A DNA stretch of 64,000 nucleotides. It comes from a virus. Positions 17,816 through 27,401 of the stretch are shown in pieces. The translations under genes and the position numbers were made by a program. The notes beneath the pieces are model-generated. The model ran no database searches and had not been told where the DNA came from. It worked only from the letters and a program-made list of their open reading frames with translations. The stretch is from IMG/VR virus record IMGVR_UViG_3300050498_000110, positions 11,927-75,926 of that record; one strand, 5' to 3'. Numbering within the stretch: the stretch's first letter is position 1; every line of letters begins with the position of its first letter.

Positions 17816-18481
17816 TTATCGCGATGGTGTCGGCACGCCGGGGTGCTCCTCCGACGGCACGATCGCGACAACCCAACCAGTTTGCGGCGACCAGGCTGTC
17901 TTCACGTCCCAATTCTCGGCCACTTCCGGCTTCTCACTACTGCCGGGAGGCGGCAGCACAATCGGATGGGTCGGGAAGCCAGGTATGCCGACACTCGGCG
18001 GAATGTAGATCGGATGCTCGGGTTTCAGCCCCGGAATAGTTCCCGGCGGCAGATAAATCGGAGGCGTCGGGAAGCCCGGCCCTTGCGATGGCCCCGGAGG
18101 CGGACCACCAGGCGCAATCGGGTGAGCTGGATGACCAGGGCTCGGCCAGATGCCCGGCGGTTGCCCAGGAAGCCCTTGATCAGGATAGGGTTGTCCACTG
18201 CCGCCCCAGAACCCAAGCGGCGGGCCGCCCGGTGCGATGGGATGCGCCGGATAACCAGGACCCGGCCAAATGCCGGGTGGAGGACCACCGGGGGCGATGG
18301 GATGGGCAGGATGGCCAGGACTCGGCCAAATTCCCGGCGGTTGGCTCGGCGGATAGTAGATCGGAGGCGTAGGAACACCGGGGCCTGGCCAGATGCCCGG
18401 CGGTGGGCCGCCTGGTGCGATAGGGTGTGTGGGAACACCGCTTTCAATCGGAAAGATCAAGCACAGCACGGGTGCTGCCAT
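17816..18481 (-). CDS. Proline/glycine-rich repeat protein
   Basis: Repeated P(T/A)HPIAPGGPP units and PPGIWP motifs; GGGAGA RBS before ATG 18481. Confidence 0.75.
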   Translation of the reverse strand: MAAPVLCLIFPIESGVPTHPIAPGGPPPGIWPGPGVPTPPIYYPPSQPPGIWPSPGHPAHPIAPGGPPPGIWPGPGYPAHPIAPGGPPLGFWGGSGQPYPDQGLPGQPPGIWPSPGHPAHPIAPGGPPPGPSQGPGFPTPPIYLPPGTIPGLKPEHPIYIPPSVGIPGFPTHPIVLPPPGSSEKPEVAENWDVKTAWSPQTGWVVAIVPSEEHPGVPTPSR

Positions 18482-18685
18482 TAGAATCTCCCATCCTTTG
18501 GGGGTGAAGTCGCGACTCGCACTATAGGCTTGCGGCTGAAAAATGATATGACGCCACCGCAAACCGTCCACAATTTTCCGCACGATTTCCGTCCAGAAAA
18601 TATTAGGCGTCAAGCTCTGCTTTAGGGCGTATATTTGCCCATGGGGGACACGCTACCTTGTGTCAACGTGACGGAGACAGACCAC

Positions 18686-19450
18686 ATGAAGAAACTCTTA
18701 CTTGCCGCGAGCTTTCTAACGGCGCTCGCTCTACCGGCACAGGCCGATCTTGTGCTCTCAGATTTGGTCTTTCGCGATCTGGGCGGTACCGGCTTCGGTG
18801 TGGCCCCACGTCTTCTGACGATCCAGAACAACGTGTTCGAGCAGGGCTCGACGTTCGCCACTGCGGGCGGCGGGACCGGCTTCACCGGCCAGGACGGAAG
18901 CGTCTGCACCAGCAACGGCACGTGCGGAAGCACGTTGACCGGAGCCAACCAGTCGTTGGTGTATTCCGTCGCCGCGTTGGGATGGAATTCAGGTGCCGAA
19001 GTCGGAATCGGGCTCGACACCAACGAGATCGGCAGCACAGCGGGTCTGACGTTTCAGTCCCTTGTGCTGACGCTCTACAACTCTGCTGGCGTTGCACTCG
19101 GCAGCTTCTCGGGTGATGGACCGGTATTCATCTCCCAGGAATTGCTGGCGCTCCAGCAGGGCAACGGCAACTCGGTGTTCGACATCCGCTTGGATGCCGC
19201 ACAGCAAGCCCAATATGACGCCATCCTGGCCGCCAATGGCGGCCCGAGCAACGTCTTCGAAGGCTTGCAGGCAGCGTTCGGATGCACGGTCATCGCACCC
19301 GGCTGCGGGCCGTCCACGGACGGCGCGGAGTCGTTCCTGGCGTTCCAGGTGCCCGGTCCCATCGTCGGTGCCGGCCTTCCGGGGCTGGTTGTGGCGCTCG
19401 GTGGAATGCTTGGTCTGAATCGATTCAGGCGGAAGCGACAAGTCGCATAA
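18686..19450 (+). CDS. Secreted protein with a PEP-CTERM-like C-terminal sorting signal (VPGPIVGAGLPGL type)
   Basis: Signal peptide MKKLLLAASFLTALALPAQA; C-terminal VPGP motif, TM helix and RFRRKR. Confidence 0.85.
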   Translation: MKKLLLAASFLTALALPAQADLVLSDLVFRDLGGTGFGVAPRLLTIQNNVFEQGSTFATAGGGTGFTGQDGSVCTSNGTCGSTLTGANQSLVYSVAALGWNSGAEVGIGLDTNEIGSTAGLTFQSLVLTLYNSAGVALGSFSGDGPVFISQELLALQQGNGNSVFDIRLDAAQQAQYDAILAANGGPSNVFEGLQAAFGCTVIAPGCGPSTDGAESFLAFQVPGPIVGAGLPGLVVALGGMLGLNRFRRKRQVA

Positions 19451-19505
19451 AGACTATCCCACAGCGGGCCTCCCCGGTGTGGTGTGTGTGTCAGTCAGTA
19501 GCGTA

Positions 19506-19543
19506 GGCCCGTCGCGTAGTGATTCATGCGGCGGGCTTTTTTT
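19506..19543 (+). terminator. Rho-independent terminator
   Basis: GCCCGTCGCGT...ATGCGGCGGGC hairpin followed by T7. Confidence 0.8.
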
Positions 19544-19559
19544 CTAGAAGGAAAGCACA

Positions 19560-19895
19560 ATGCGAACACTCGTGATCGTCCTGATGATGGCGCTGATCAC
19601 GCTCACGTTCACGGCGCTCTTGATCGCGCCGACACTCGCACAGGCACCAATGCTAAACGTGCCCGACGTGCGCGGGCTGGTGCAGCCGCCGGCACCATCC
19701 GGTCCCCGCATCGTGCCACTTCTGGGCAAGGACGGCGAGAAGATTGGCACCGCATCCTTCGTGGGCAATCGCATCTACCTGCGCAATCTGCAAAACGAGA
19801 TCTTCGTTCAGATCGTGGTCGAGGCCGACGGCAGCAAAGTGATGTATGATGCCCGCGGCAAGGTGCTTGATCGCATCGAGGCTGAGAAGAAATGA
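19560..19895 (+). CDS. Exported/membrane-anchored hypothetical protein
   Basis: Long hydrophobic N-terminus, beta-rich C-terminus. Confidence 0.7.
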   Translation: MRTLVIVLMMALITLTFTALLIAPTLAQAPMLNVPDVRGLVQPPAPSGPRIVPLLGKDGEKIGTASFVGNRIYLRNLQNEIFVQIVVEADGSKVMYDARGKVLDRIEAEKK

Positions 19896-20215
19896 TTGGA
19901 TATGTTGTAATCCGCTACGGAAATCTCGGGCAGACGGCCGATCTCGTACGGGACAACGAAAGCGGCGACGTCCGCATCTTCGCAACGAAACAAGAGGCCA
20001 TCGCCGTTGCTCGGCAATGTGCGCCCAGCAAAGTTGAGCCCCTTCACAGCAACTACATCACCAAGGGCAGCGACGAATGGCCCATGTGTGCTTGCGGTCA
20101 TTTGTGGGCACGGCACCAACAAGACGCATATGGCAAGTGGTCATGCCGACAATACGGCTGCTCCTGCCGTAATGTGGTTCCGCTTTTGAAGCAACGAACT
20201 TGGGAGGTTTGGTGA
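19892..20215 (+). CDS. Hypothetical protein with C-terminal Cys/His cluster
   Basis: CACGH...H...C...CSC. Confidence 0.6.
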   Translation: MIGYVVIRYGNLGQTADLVRDNESGDVRIFATKQEAIAVARQCAPSKVEPLHSNYITKGSDEWPMCACGHLWARHQQDAYGKWSCRQYGCSCRNVVPLLKQRTWEVW

Positions 20216-20409
20216 CAATTTCAGAAGGTCTGTTGACTTTGGGCCTGCTGGTTGGTTCTGCTGGGATATTCCTTGCAGTGACGCGCCGCTGCAAGCATGA
20301 TTGGGAATGCATCGGGGGCACTACCAACGATGGCGAGGGCCGCAGAGAGGGATATTATTTCTGCCGTAAATGTCAGAGGCGCAAGCAAGAGAACTTCATG
20401 TGGTGGTGA
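20212..20409 (+). CDS. Small membrane-anchored zinc-finger-like protein
   Basis: TM helix then CKHDW...CRKC; GTGA overlap. Confidence 0.55.
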   Translation: MTISEGLLTLGLLVGSAGIFLAVTRRCKHDWECIGGTTNDGEGRREGYYFCRKCQRRKQENFMWW

Positions 20410-20424
20410 AAAAGGGGTGCTCCA

Positions 20425-21837
20425 ATGATCGATGCAAGAGACTTCTCACCGGACGGCTCGCACGCTGGCACGGAGAATGATCCATGGCCCGGCCAAGCCA
20501 TCGTTGATGCTCTCAAGTCGCTCCCCCAGCCCGGAGGTGGCACCGTTCGTGTCGCCAACGGCATCTGGCTCTTCGACAAAGCCCACACCATTAACGGCGT
20601 CAACGACTTCGTACTACAGGGCGAGAGCCACAGCGCGGAGCTTCGTTTCGTCGGTGGTGAAGGTGGCGGCCAGCTCTGGTTTGGCAGTGACCAGGGCGGC
20701 ACTGCCGGCTTCACCAACGGCATCTTCGAGAACCTTCTCATCAATGCTAACGGCCTCGACAAAAATGACCCAAGGTCGCCCTCTGCGCTGCGATTAAGCA
20801 CCGGACGCAGTAGTGAGTTTCGTAATAACAAGATGCTCGGTCACTCCAACGGCTCTATCCCGGCGATGTTCTGGGAGGGCGGTCAGTACGTCAAAATCCA
20901 CCATAACCATTTCGACGGTCGCCAGCCCGAAGACGGCGGTGGCACGGGAGGCGGTGGAGATAGTGTCTGCCAAGTTCAGAGCGGCCCAATGGGTGCTGAC
21001 GGCCACGTCGGCAGGGACTTCGAAATCTCCGACAACACGTTTCTGGGTGCGATGCCGGTGGTCATCGGCGTCGACAAAATCAAGGTGCTGCGCAACCACT
21101 GTGAGAGTCACTATGGCTTCCTTGCCATCGCAGCCTGCGGAACATGGAATACACGCTGCACAGACACCATCATCGACAGCAACACCGTCAGTGCTGAGGG
21201 CGCAAACGGCGTCATGATTTCGGGTATCTCTAACGACCCTGGCGGTATGAGCATCATCGACGGTTTCCAGATCACCAACAACACACTGATCGGCACGTTC
21301 GCGTCGATCTGCTGCCAAGGTTGGTTGAATGACGACCAGTGGAACGACGGCGTTACCCTGGTGGGCAGCGAGAAGTACAATGTCCTTATCAAGGGCAATA
21401 AGCTGCACTCTGCGTGGGGTGCCTCCGACATCAATGTGCGCGGCGGTGACGGCAAGGTCGATGGCGTTCTCATCACCGAGAACACCCTTACGAACGACGC
21501 CGGAAAGCCTAATACTCTGACCACCGACGATCACAGTTACAACGTCCAATGCTACGGCAACAATGGCCTCGACGACACCACTGAGCCCGAGCCGATCCCA
21601 CCCGAACCGGAGCCACCGATGAAGAACACTGTCACCATCACTGTGACCGCCGACCCGCCCGGTAGCGTAAACTTCGTGACCGATCCAGCAATGTCCAGGT
21701 CTGCCACGCCGAAGGGGAAACCGCCCAAGCCGCCGCAGCCGCCAGCGCAAGTGCCCACTGTCACCATCGCCGTGGACGTTGAGCCACCCGATAGCTCCAA
21801 CATCGTGTTCGCGGGGAGCGTGACCCGCCGCGAGTGA
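20425..21837 (+). CDS. Right-handed beta-helix (pectate-lyase-like) putative polysaccharide depolymerase
   Basis: IDARDF...AIVDAL...GGGTVRVANGIW start and repeated I..N.F / I.DNT strands; Pro-rich linker near the C-terminus. Confidence 0.75.
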   Translation: MIDARDFSPDGSHAGTENDPWPGQAIVDALKSLPQPGGGTVRVANGIWLFDKAHTINGVNDFVLQGESHSAELRFVGGEGGGQLWFGSDQGGTAGFTNGIFENLLINANGLDKNDPRSPSALRLSTGRSSEFRNNKMLGHSNGSIPAMFWEGGQYVKIHHNHFDGRQPEDGGGTGGGGDSVCQVQSGPMGADGHVGRDFEISDNTFLGAMPVVIGVDKIKVLRNHCESHYGFLAIAACGTWNTRCTDTIIDSNTVSAEGANGVMISGISNDPGGMSIIDGFQITNNTLIGTFASICCQGWLNDDQWNDGVTLVGSEKYNVLIKGNKLHSAWGASDINVRGGDGKVDGVLITENTLTNDAGKPNTLTTDDHSYNVQCYGNNGLDDTTEPEPIPPEPEPPMKNTVTITVTADPPGSVNFVTDPAMSRSATPKGKPPKPPQPPAQVPTVTIAVDVEPPDSSNIVFAGSVTRRE

Positions 21838-21840
21838 GGC

Positions 21841-22080
21841 ATGTTAAAGGCGCTCGATCGCGCGGTGACATGGCTGGCGATGCATCTGTTCCCGGCCCCG
21901 CATCCGATGGGGACGATCCTCGGTCGCGAGATTGATAGCGTCGATGTTGCGCTGGCGATCTACACGCTGTGCATCGGCGTTGGGCTGGCGCTGGTGTTCG
22001 GCAACTGGTTGTGGTTCCCGGCCACCTTGTTGTGCATGGTCATGGCGGCGATGATGTATCGGATGTTATGGGGGGATTGA
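21841..22080 (+). CDS. Small membrane protein
   Basis: Two hydrophobic segments. Confidence 0.6.
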   Translation: MLKALDRAVTWLAMHLFPAPHPMGTILGREIDSVDVALAIYTLCIGVGLALVFGNWLWFPATLLCMVMAAMMYRMLWGD

Positions 22081-22353
22081 TTGAAAGATTGGCCGCGCTA
22101 CGCCAAGGCGCTCGACATGCGGCTGGCGGGCGCGAAGTTAAATGACATCGGCCGCCAGCTCGGTGTTGGGCGAGAACGCGCGCGGCAGATGGTCGTGCTG
22201 GCCAAGGCGCAGCTCGCTTATCGCGTCTTCAAGGGTGTGCCGCGACCCCTGCCGAAACTATTATGGGATATCAACGCAGCCGCGGAAGCCCTCCGACTGC
22301 ACCAATCAAGCAACTCAACAACGCAAAGATCAGATAAATCACGGCAATCATGA
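22081..22353 (+). CDS. Sigma-70 region-4-like HTH protein
   Basis: DMRLAGAKLNDIGRQLGVGRERARQMV. Confidence 0.6.
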   Translation: MKDWPRYAKALDMRLAGAKLNDIGRQLGVGRERARQMVVLAKAQLAYRVFKGVPRPLPKLLWDINAAAEALRLHQSSNSTTQRSDKSRQS

Positions 22354-22573
22354 TCACCGCCCAGATCACGATATTGAGCGCGGCGGCGATGAAGCCGAGC
22401 AAAGTGGTCGGCGACGGGCCGGACCATGGTGCGCTGACCGGCGGCCAGAATGCGGTGCCGGGAGCGCCGCCACCAAGTGCCATGATCAGCAACCGCAGCA
22501 AAGCCACGATCGCGATCAGAACCACAACCCACACGGCCACGGCTTCCCAGAATTGCAAACTTAAACAGGCCAT
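22271..22573 (-). CDS. Two-TM membrane protein (holin-like candidate)
   Basis: GGAGG RBS before ATG 22573; two long hydrophobic helices; end of the lysis region. Confidence 0.65.
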   Translation of the reverse strand: MACLSLQFWEAVAVWVVVLIAIVALLRLLIMALGGGAPGTAFWPPVSAPWSGPSPTTLLGFIAAALNIVIWAVIMIAVIYLIFALLSCLIGAVGGLPRLR

Positions 22574-22597
22574 ATTAGCCTCCATTGGTTTATGACG

Positions 22598-22657
22598 CGG
22601 CTCGGCCAGGCAAGGCGCGGCAGGGTGAGGCAAGGCCAGGCGCGGCATGGCACGGTA
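22598..22657 (+). repeat. NGGCN pentamer array 2 (12 units) with adjacent hairpin at 22664-22697
   Basis: cggct cggcc aggca aggcg cggca gggtg aggca aggcc aggcg cggca tggca cggta; GCGGGGCGGGATT/AATCCCGTCCCGC stem. Confidence 0.9.
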
Positions 22658-22697
22658 AGGGAAGCGGGGCGGGATTCTTCACAAAATCCCGTCCCGC

Positions 22698-22826
22698 TCA
22701 TTCCTGATAGAAGAACGCGCCCCACACGAACAAGCCGACCACCACCGCGGCGAGCACGGCAAAGACGCCGAGCGCCCACCATGGCGGGCCGCTCCTTGAG
22801 CCACGTCTTCTTCTTTTGCATGTCAC
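22698..22826 (-). CDS. 42-aa single-TM protein downstream of the endolysin (not in track)
   Basis: GTG start overlapping the endolysin TGA; MTCKRRRRGSRSGPPWWALGVFAVLAAVVVGLFVWGAFFYQE. Confidence 0.55.
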   Translation of the reverse strand: MTCKRRRRGSRSGPPWWALGVFAVLAAVVVGLFVWGAFFYQE

Positions 22827-24316
22827 GCCACTTCGACGTCACGATCTACGTAGTCTTGGACCGCCCGGAACATGTCGTCAGCCTCGCGTTTGAGTTCGAC
22901 CTCATGGCGGATGATCGGGCCGTAGTGATTGCACAGATTGCGCAAGGTCAGACCGTGCGTCTCCACCGCAAACGCCGGGCAGCTCTTGCATAGGTCCTGA
23001 AACTGGCGGCCCGCGCCCGAGCCGTACGAGTCCCACTCGCTCGAGCTGCACGACACCCCCTCGCGGAAGGCTTCGAGATAGCACGTCCCTTCGTTCTTCG
23101 CCTGCGAGTACTCGTACATAAGCTGATCGAACTCAGGGTCACTAGCGCCGTGCGCGTTGTATGAAGTCTGGAACAGTCCGGCCTCACACGTATCGCTCGA
23201 CACGTTCTCTGCGCTCATGTCGCGGCCCTCGCAGTGGCGGCCTGACGACTCCCGCATACCGCTGCCGAGCATCAGGGCGTAGAGGTGCCGCAACGTGTTG
23301 ACACCATCACGCTCGTTGTTCATGCCATGGGAGCGGAACTCGGCGAGGTACTCATTGAGGGCGTCCTTCTCTGAGCTGGTGCGCGCCTTCGCCATCTCCC
23401 TCGCCGCGGGGTGATCGGCCTTGAGCTTGAGGTACGTCTGCGCGAACGCCAGCGCCATGCCCTGGATGTAACCAGGAGGAGCCTTTCCACGATCATCCCA
23501 CGAGTAATCTGCGACGTCAGACTCGTTCGCGATCCGGATAATCGCCGCTTGCTGCTCATAGCTCAACGCGCCGGGCGGTGGCTCTGGCGGCGGCAGCGGC
23601 GGCTTGTTGTCATAGAGCGCGCGCCATGTCTCCTCGCCGACGATGCCGTCGACTTCCAGCCCGCGCGTGCTCTGGTAGCGCCGCACGTTCTCCTCGGTGA
23701 TGTCGCCAAAATCACCGTCGATCTCGCCGGTGAAACGCGGAAGCATTCGTTGCAGATCGACCACATCGGGACCGCTGTCGCCGTTCTCCAGGTCCGGCCG
23801 ATCTTCGACATCGATCTCCGGGATCGGCCAATCGCGCGGCCAGGCATAGGCGATCACAGTGCTGGGATCGTAGGTGCTGACATTGACCTCGTTCGATTGA
23901 TTGCCGCCCCTGCAACGGAGCATTCCGTTGTCATCCCATCCCTCGAACATGGTGACGTGACCGCCACCCTCGCGTGTCATCACAACAATCGCGCCAGGCA
24001 CCGGCGCGCCGAGCTTCACGAAGCCGGGGTCACTCGCAAACGACTGCGCCCACATCCATTTATCCGTATCAGTGGGGCCGAACGGTCCGCTGATACCCTG
24101 CTTTGTGCAAGCGGCGAGGCAGAAATCCGTAGCAACGCCACACCAAGCGATGCTGTCGTCAGTGTAACCCGATGCGTACGACGCCTGCTCGGGAAACTTG
24201 CGCCCGATGTACTTCGCCATCGCCTCAATCTTCGGATTCGAGCCGTCTTCGTACTCGCTCAACCCTGTGATCGCCCGCATGACTAAGAGCCACGGAGGTG
24301 TATCTTCCTGTGCCAT
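22823..24316 (-). CDS. Modular endolysin: NlpC/P60-CHAP-like peptidase, PG-binding domain and lysozyme-like C-terminal domain
   Basis: WCG...GHVT...GGNQSN; GDSGPDVVDLQ...DGDFG...DGIVG..TW; RESSG...GLFQ. Confidence 0.88.
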   Translation of the reverse strand: MAQEDTPPWLLVMRAITGLSEYEDGSNPKIEAMAKYIGRKFPEQASYASGYTDDSIAWCGVATDFCLAACTKQGISGPFGPTDTDKWMWAQSFASDPGFVKLGAPVPGAIVVMTREGGGHVTMFEGWDDNGMLRCRGGNQSNEVNVSTYDPSTVIAYAWPRDWPIPEIDVEDRPDLENGDSGPDVVDLQRMLPRFTGEIDGDFGDITEENVRRYQSTRGLEVDGIVGEETWRALYDNKPPLPPPEPPPGALSYEQQAAIIRIANESDVADYSWDDRGKAPPGYIQGMALAFAQTYLKLKADHPAAREMAKARTSSEKDALNEYLAEFRSHGMNNERDGVNTLRHLYALMLGSGMRESSGRHCEGRDMSAENVSSDTCEAGLFQTSYNAHGASDPEFDQLMYEYSQAKNEGTCYLEAFREGVSCSSSEWDSYGSGAGRQFQDLCKSCPAFAVETHGLTLRNLCNHYGPIIRHEVELKREADDMFRAVQDYVDRDVEVA

Positions 24317-24328
24317 CTGATGGCTCTC

Positions 24329-24685
24329 CTATCTCGGCCGTTGGGCTTGTTCTCGTTTCTCGATTGCTTCCATGCTTCTGATGTAAGCATCTCGCGCATT
24401 GCGCGCGCCGACCAAAGCCTTCGGCGGGATCTTCGGCTGATAGTTGTCCGTGACCCAAACGCTGTAAAGCTGCGCGATATGTTTCTTGAATGCCTCACCT
24501 ATCGCCTGCCTTTCCAGCTCATCAATCTGATCATCCCATTTCGATGATGCCACCGGTGCGCCCTGCGCTTCGGCTTCCCAGCGTCCCGATAGATATCCGA
24601 TCAGTGCAAGTGCAAAAAGAATCACCAGCACGATGATGACCGTGATGGCGATGCGGTGGCCGACGCTCAAATTGCGCCACATCAT
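24329..24685 (-). CDS. Membrane-anchored lysis-region protein
   Basis: N-terminal TM helix, immediately upstream of the endolysin. Confidence 0.7.
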   Translation of the reverse strand: MMWRNLSVGHRIAITVIIVLVILFALALIGYLSGRWEAEAQGAPVASSKWDDQIDELERQAIGEAFKKHIAQLYSVWVTDNYQPKIPPKALVGARNARDAYIRSMEAIEKREQAQRPR

Positions 24686-24834
24686 TGCGGCCTCAACGCC
24701 AGCAGAATGAAGGTGAACGCCAGCCAGAAACCGATGCCAGCGATGACGCTAATCTCGAACGCGATCCCGACCGCGACCAGTGCCACCAGGACCCAAGCGA
24801 CGTGCCACAGCGTCGCGCTGCTGTTGTTGATCAT
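24682..24834 (-). CDS. 50-aa two-TM holin-like protein (not in track)
   Basis: MINNSSATLWHVAWVLVALVAVGIAFEISVIAGIGFWLAFTFILLALRPQ; ATGA overlap. Confidence 0.55.
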   Translation of the reverse strand: MINNSSATLWHVAWVLVALVAVGIAFEISVIAGIGFWLAFTFILLALRPQ

Positions 24835-24938
24835 TGCGCTGCCGGCGGATAGCCGCTGAGCGCTGTGCTGCGGCTGTAAACTTGCCCCACATCAGCCTGG
24901 CGCGGCGGCGCATCTCCTCACAGTGGGCGCAGCTCATT

Positions 24939-27401
24939 CTAGCTCCCGTTGGGGACTTCATAACCTACGACATAAAGATCCAGGTCGTTAGCACTGAACG
25001 ATCCACTATAGACCGTATAGGCATGCCAAACCGACTGCGCCCGGTTTGGCAGCATGCATTGAATCGCTTGCACTGGATTTTCACCAGCGAACGCCGCAGA
25101 TAGCGGGTATTCATACATGGCCGCGCTGTCTCCGACTCCGAGATACCACCAGATCGCACCAGCGCCGCCAGACGCGACACAAGAAACATTGCCCGATACC
25201 GTGACTGTCAATGCAATGGCGGGAACATAGGCGGCAGTTGAAACGGATCCCCATACGCCATTGCCAGCATTCAAAGTTGCTCCGATATTTTTCTGACCAG
25301 CATAAAAGCACCTGTTGCCACGAATGTGAACATATTCGAGGTTTCCGCTCGTGCGCTTAACCGTCGTCAGATAGGCCCAGTGCGTATAGCCGGAGGGCAA
25401 GGTCGGTCCCGCATTCGGTCCGGCGTTCGAGCAGATGCCCGCGAGCGTCGACGTCGTCGGGTTGTAGATCGCGTAGAGGTGCACGTCGCCATTCGACAGT
25501 GCCGCGTCAGGACCATTGGCACCGGCGGCGGCGCCTTGCGTCACCGTCAAGCTGCCGTTGGTGACGAGCAGGCTGCCAGCGCCAGTCTGGTGCAGCACGG
25601 CCTCGATGAACGTGACGGTGAATTGCGTCGCGCTAGTCAAGCCAGAAAGCCCGCGCACAGCGTAGACATCGCGCACCGCAGACTTGACGTGCGCCGTCGT
25701 CGCGATCGCCGTGCTGTTGTCATTGGCCGCTGGTGTCGGCGCCGCCGTTGTTCCGACGAGCGCAGCGTTGGTGATCTCGACCGGCGATGCGGTGTTGCTC
25801 TTGACCTGCGATTTGTTCTGGCCGCCGCTCAACATCAAAACGGTGTTGGCGGGATTGGTGTCGAAGATCGACACCTGCATGCGGGTGAAATCACCAGTGT
25901 AGAAACTACTCGCCGCCGATGCTTTCGCGCTGAATGCAAGCCCGATGTTGGCGTCAGCGCCGGAAGCCTGGATTAAAACTTGCCCGGCACCGGCAGTTTG
26001 CGGCTGGATGTTGAGCCCCAAAGTTCCGCTCGCACCGAACGTCGTAACGCCGCTCAAGCGCGTATTGTTGAGTAGCGTATTGAGATCGACGCCCTCGATG
26101 GCAGTCGCCGAGATCCAGCGCGCGACTTGCGCGTTGAGCGGCGTGCCCGATGACGATACGTTGCCGCCGGACGTCAACGACATCAGCGTGCCGCCGGAAA
26201 ATTGCAGGCCGGTGCCAATACTGACTTGCGACCACACCCCGCTGCCGGAACGATAATAGATGGTGTTGGTTCCGGAGAGCGCAGCGAGCGCAGCAAGATC
26301 GCTGTCGGCTTGCTGTGCGTCGAGCGTCGCCCGCATGGTCGCCGCGTCGGCATCATCCAGCAGCGTGCGCGCAAACACCGACAGCGGCGTCAATGCTGCC
26401 GCGCCTGGTCCGGTGAAATACGGCGTCTGGTCGGCTGCGCCGGTCAAGCTCGCAAGCGCGGCCAGCTCGGCATCATAAGGCTGCGCGCCACCGGTGCCGA
26501 CTCTGACGTCGAGCGTCCCGGCCGAATATGTCAGGTTGGCGCCGAGCGTGAGCGCGGACCAGGTATCGGCGCCCGAGCGATGATAAATGCCGGCGGCACC
26601 AACGCCGGTCGCCGCTGCCAGCGAGGTTAAGTCCGGGTCAGTCGTTTGTTTGCCTGCCAGCGCATTGGTGACAAACGCCGTAGTCGCGATGGTCGTGTTC
26701 GAAGTCGCCGGGCTCTGTGTCGGCGCGGTCGGATTGTTGAGGAAATTCGGACTATCGAGCGCCGCCAGGCCGGCGGCCTGGTAGCTCTGCCAGGATGTGC
26801 CGTAGCGCAGGTAATAGTTCCCATCCGTCGGCGCGTCAGCAACGATCCCTTGCGGCCCGGTCGGTCCTTGCGGGCCAGGGATGCCTTGGACGCCCTGCGG
26901 CCCTTGGATGCCCTGCGGGCCGGTCCCGCCAGCGGTGCCGGTGTCACCTTTCACGCCCTGCGGTCCGATCGGCCCAGCCGGGCCGGGCGGCCCTTCCGGC
27001 CCCACCGGTCCCTCCGGTCCGCCAGGCGTTCCGGGCGGCCCCGCCGGACCGACCGGCCCCTGAATTCCCGGCTCGCCGGCCACCGACACGTTCCAGCTCG
27101 GATAAGTGCCGCTGCCCTTGGTGGCATCCGGCGCGACAACGACGGTTTCGCCGTCGTAACTCACCACCACGCCCTCGAGCCAGACATTGGAATAGCCTTG
27201 CGCGGTCGCGCGTACGCGCTGGCCGGGCAGGAACGAAAGCCCGTATTCGTTGAGCACGAAGCTCTTGTTGTCGAGATCGACGGTCTGCCCGCTGTCGCTT
27301 GTGCCCGCGGCACGCGGCCCGATAGCACCGTAAGGCGCGGCGATTGCGACCGCCGTGGGCTCGACAGTGCGCTCGACAACCGTAAGACCGATGATGGTCA
27401 T
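24939..27401 (-). CDS. Tail fibre protein with collagen-like segment
   Basis: G-X-Y run, LDSPNF...APT...IATTAFV fibre repeats, variable C-terminus. Confidence 0.88.
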   Translation of the reverse strand: MTIIGLTVVERTVEPTAVAIAAPYGAIGPRAAGTSDSGQTVDLDNKSFVLNEYGLSFLPGQRVRATAQGYSNVWLEGVVVSYDGETVVVAPDATKGSGTYPSWNVSVAGEPGIQGPVGPAGPPGTPGGPEGPVGPEGPPGPAGPIGPQGVKGDTGTAGGTGPQGIQGPQGVQGIPGPQGPTGPQGIVADAPTDGNYYLRYGTSWQSYQAAGLAALDSPNFLNNPTAPTQSPATSNTTIATTAFVTNALAGKQTTDPDLTSLAAATGVGAAGIYHRSGADTWSALTLGANLTYSAGTLDVRVGTGGAQPYDAELAALASLTGAADQTPYFTGPGAAALTPLSVFARTLLDDADAATMRATLDAQQADSDLAALAALSGTNTIYYRSGSGVWSQVSIGTGLQFSGGTLMSLTSGGNVSSSGTPLNAQVARWISATAIEGVDLNTLLNNTRLSGVTTFGASGTLGLNIQPQTAGAGQVLIQASGADANIGLAFSAKASAASSFYTGDFTRMQVSIFDTNPANTVLMLSGGQNKSQVKSNTASPVEITNAALVGTTAAPTPAANDNSTAIATTAHVKSAVRDVYAVRGLSGLTSATQFTVTFIEAVLHQTGAGSLLVTNGSLTVTQGAAAGANGPDAALSNGDVHLYAIYNPTTSTLAGICSNAGPNAGPTLPSGYTHWAYLTTVKRTSGNLEYVHIRGNRCFYAGQKNIGATLNAGNGVWGSVSTAAYVPAIALTVTVSGNVSCVASGGAGAIWWYLGVGDSAAMYEYPLSAAFAGENPVQAIQCMLPNRAQSVWHAYTVYSGSFSANDLDLYVVGYEVPNGS

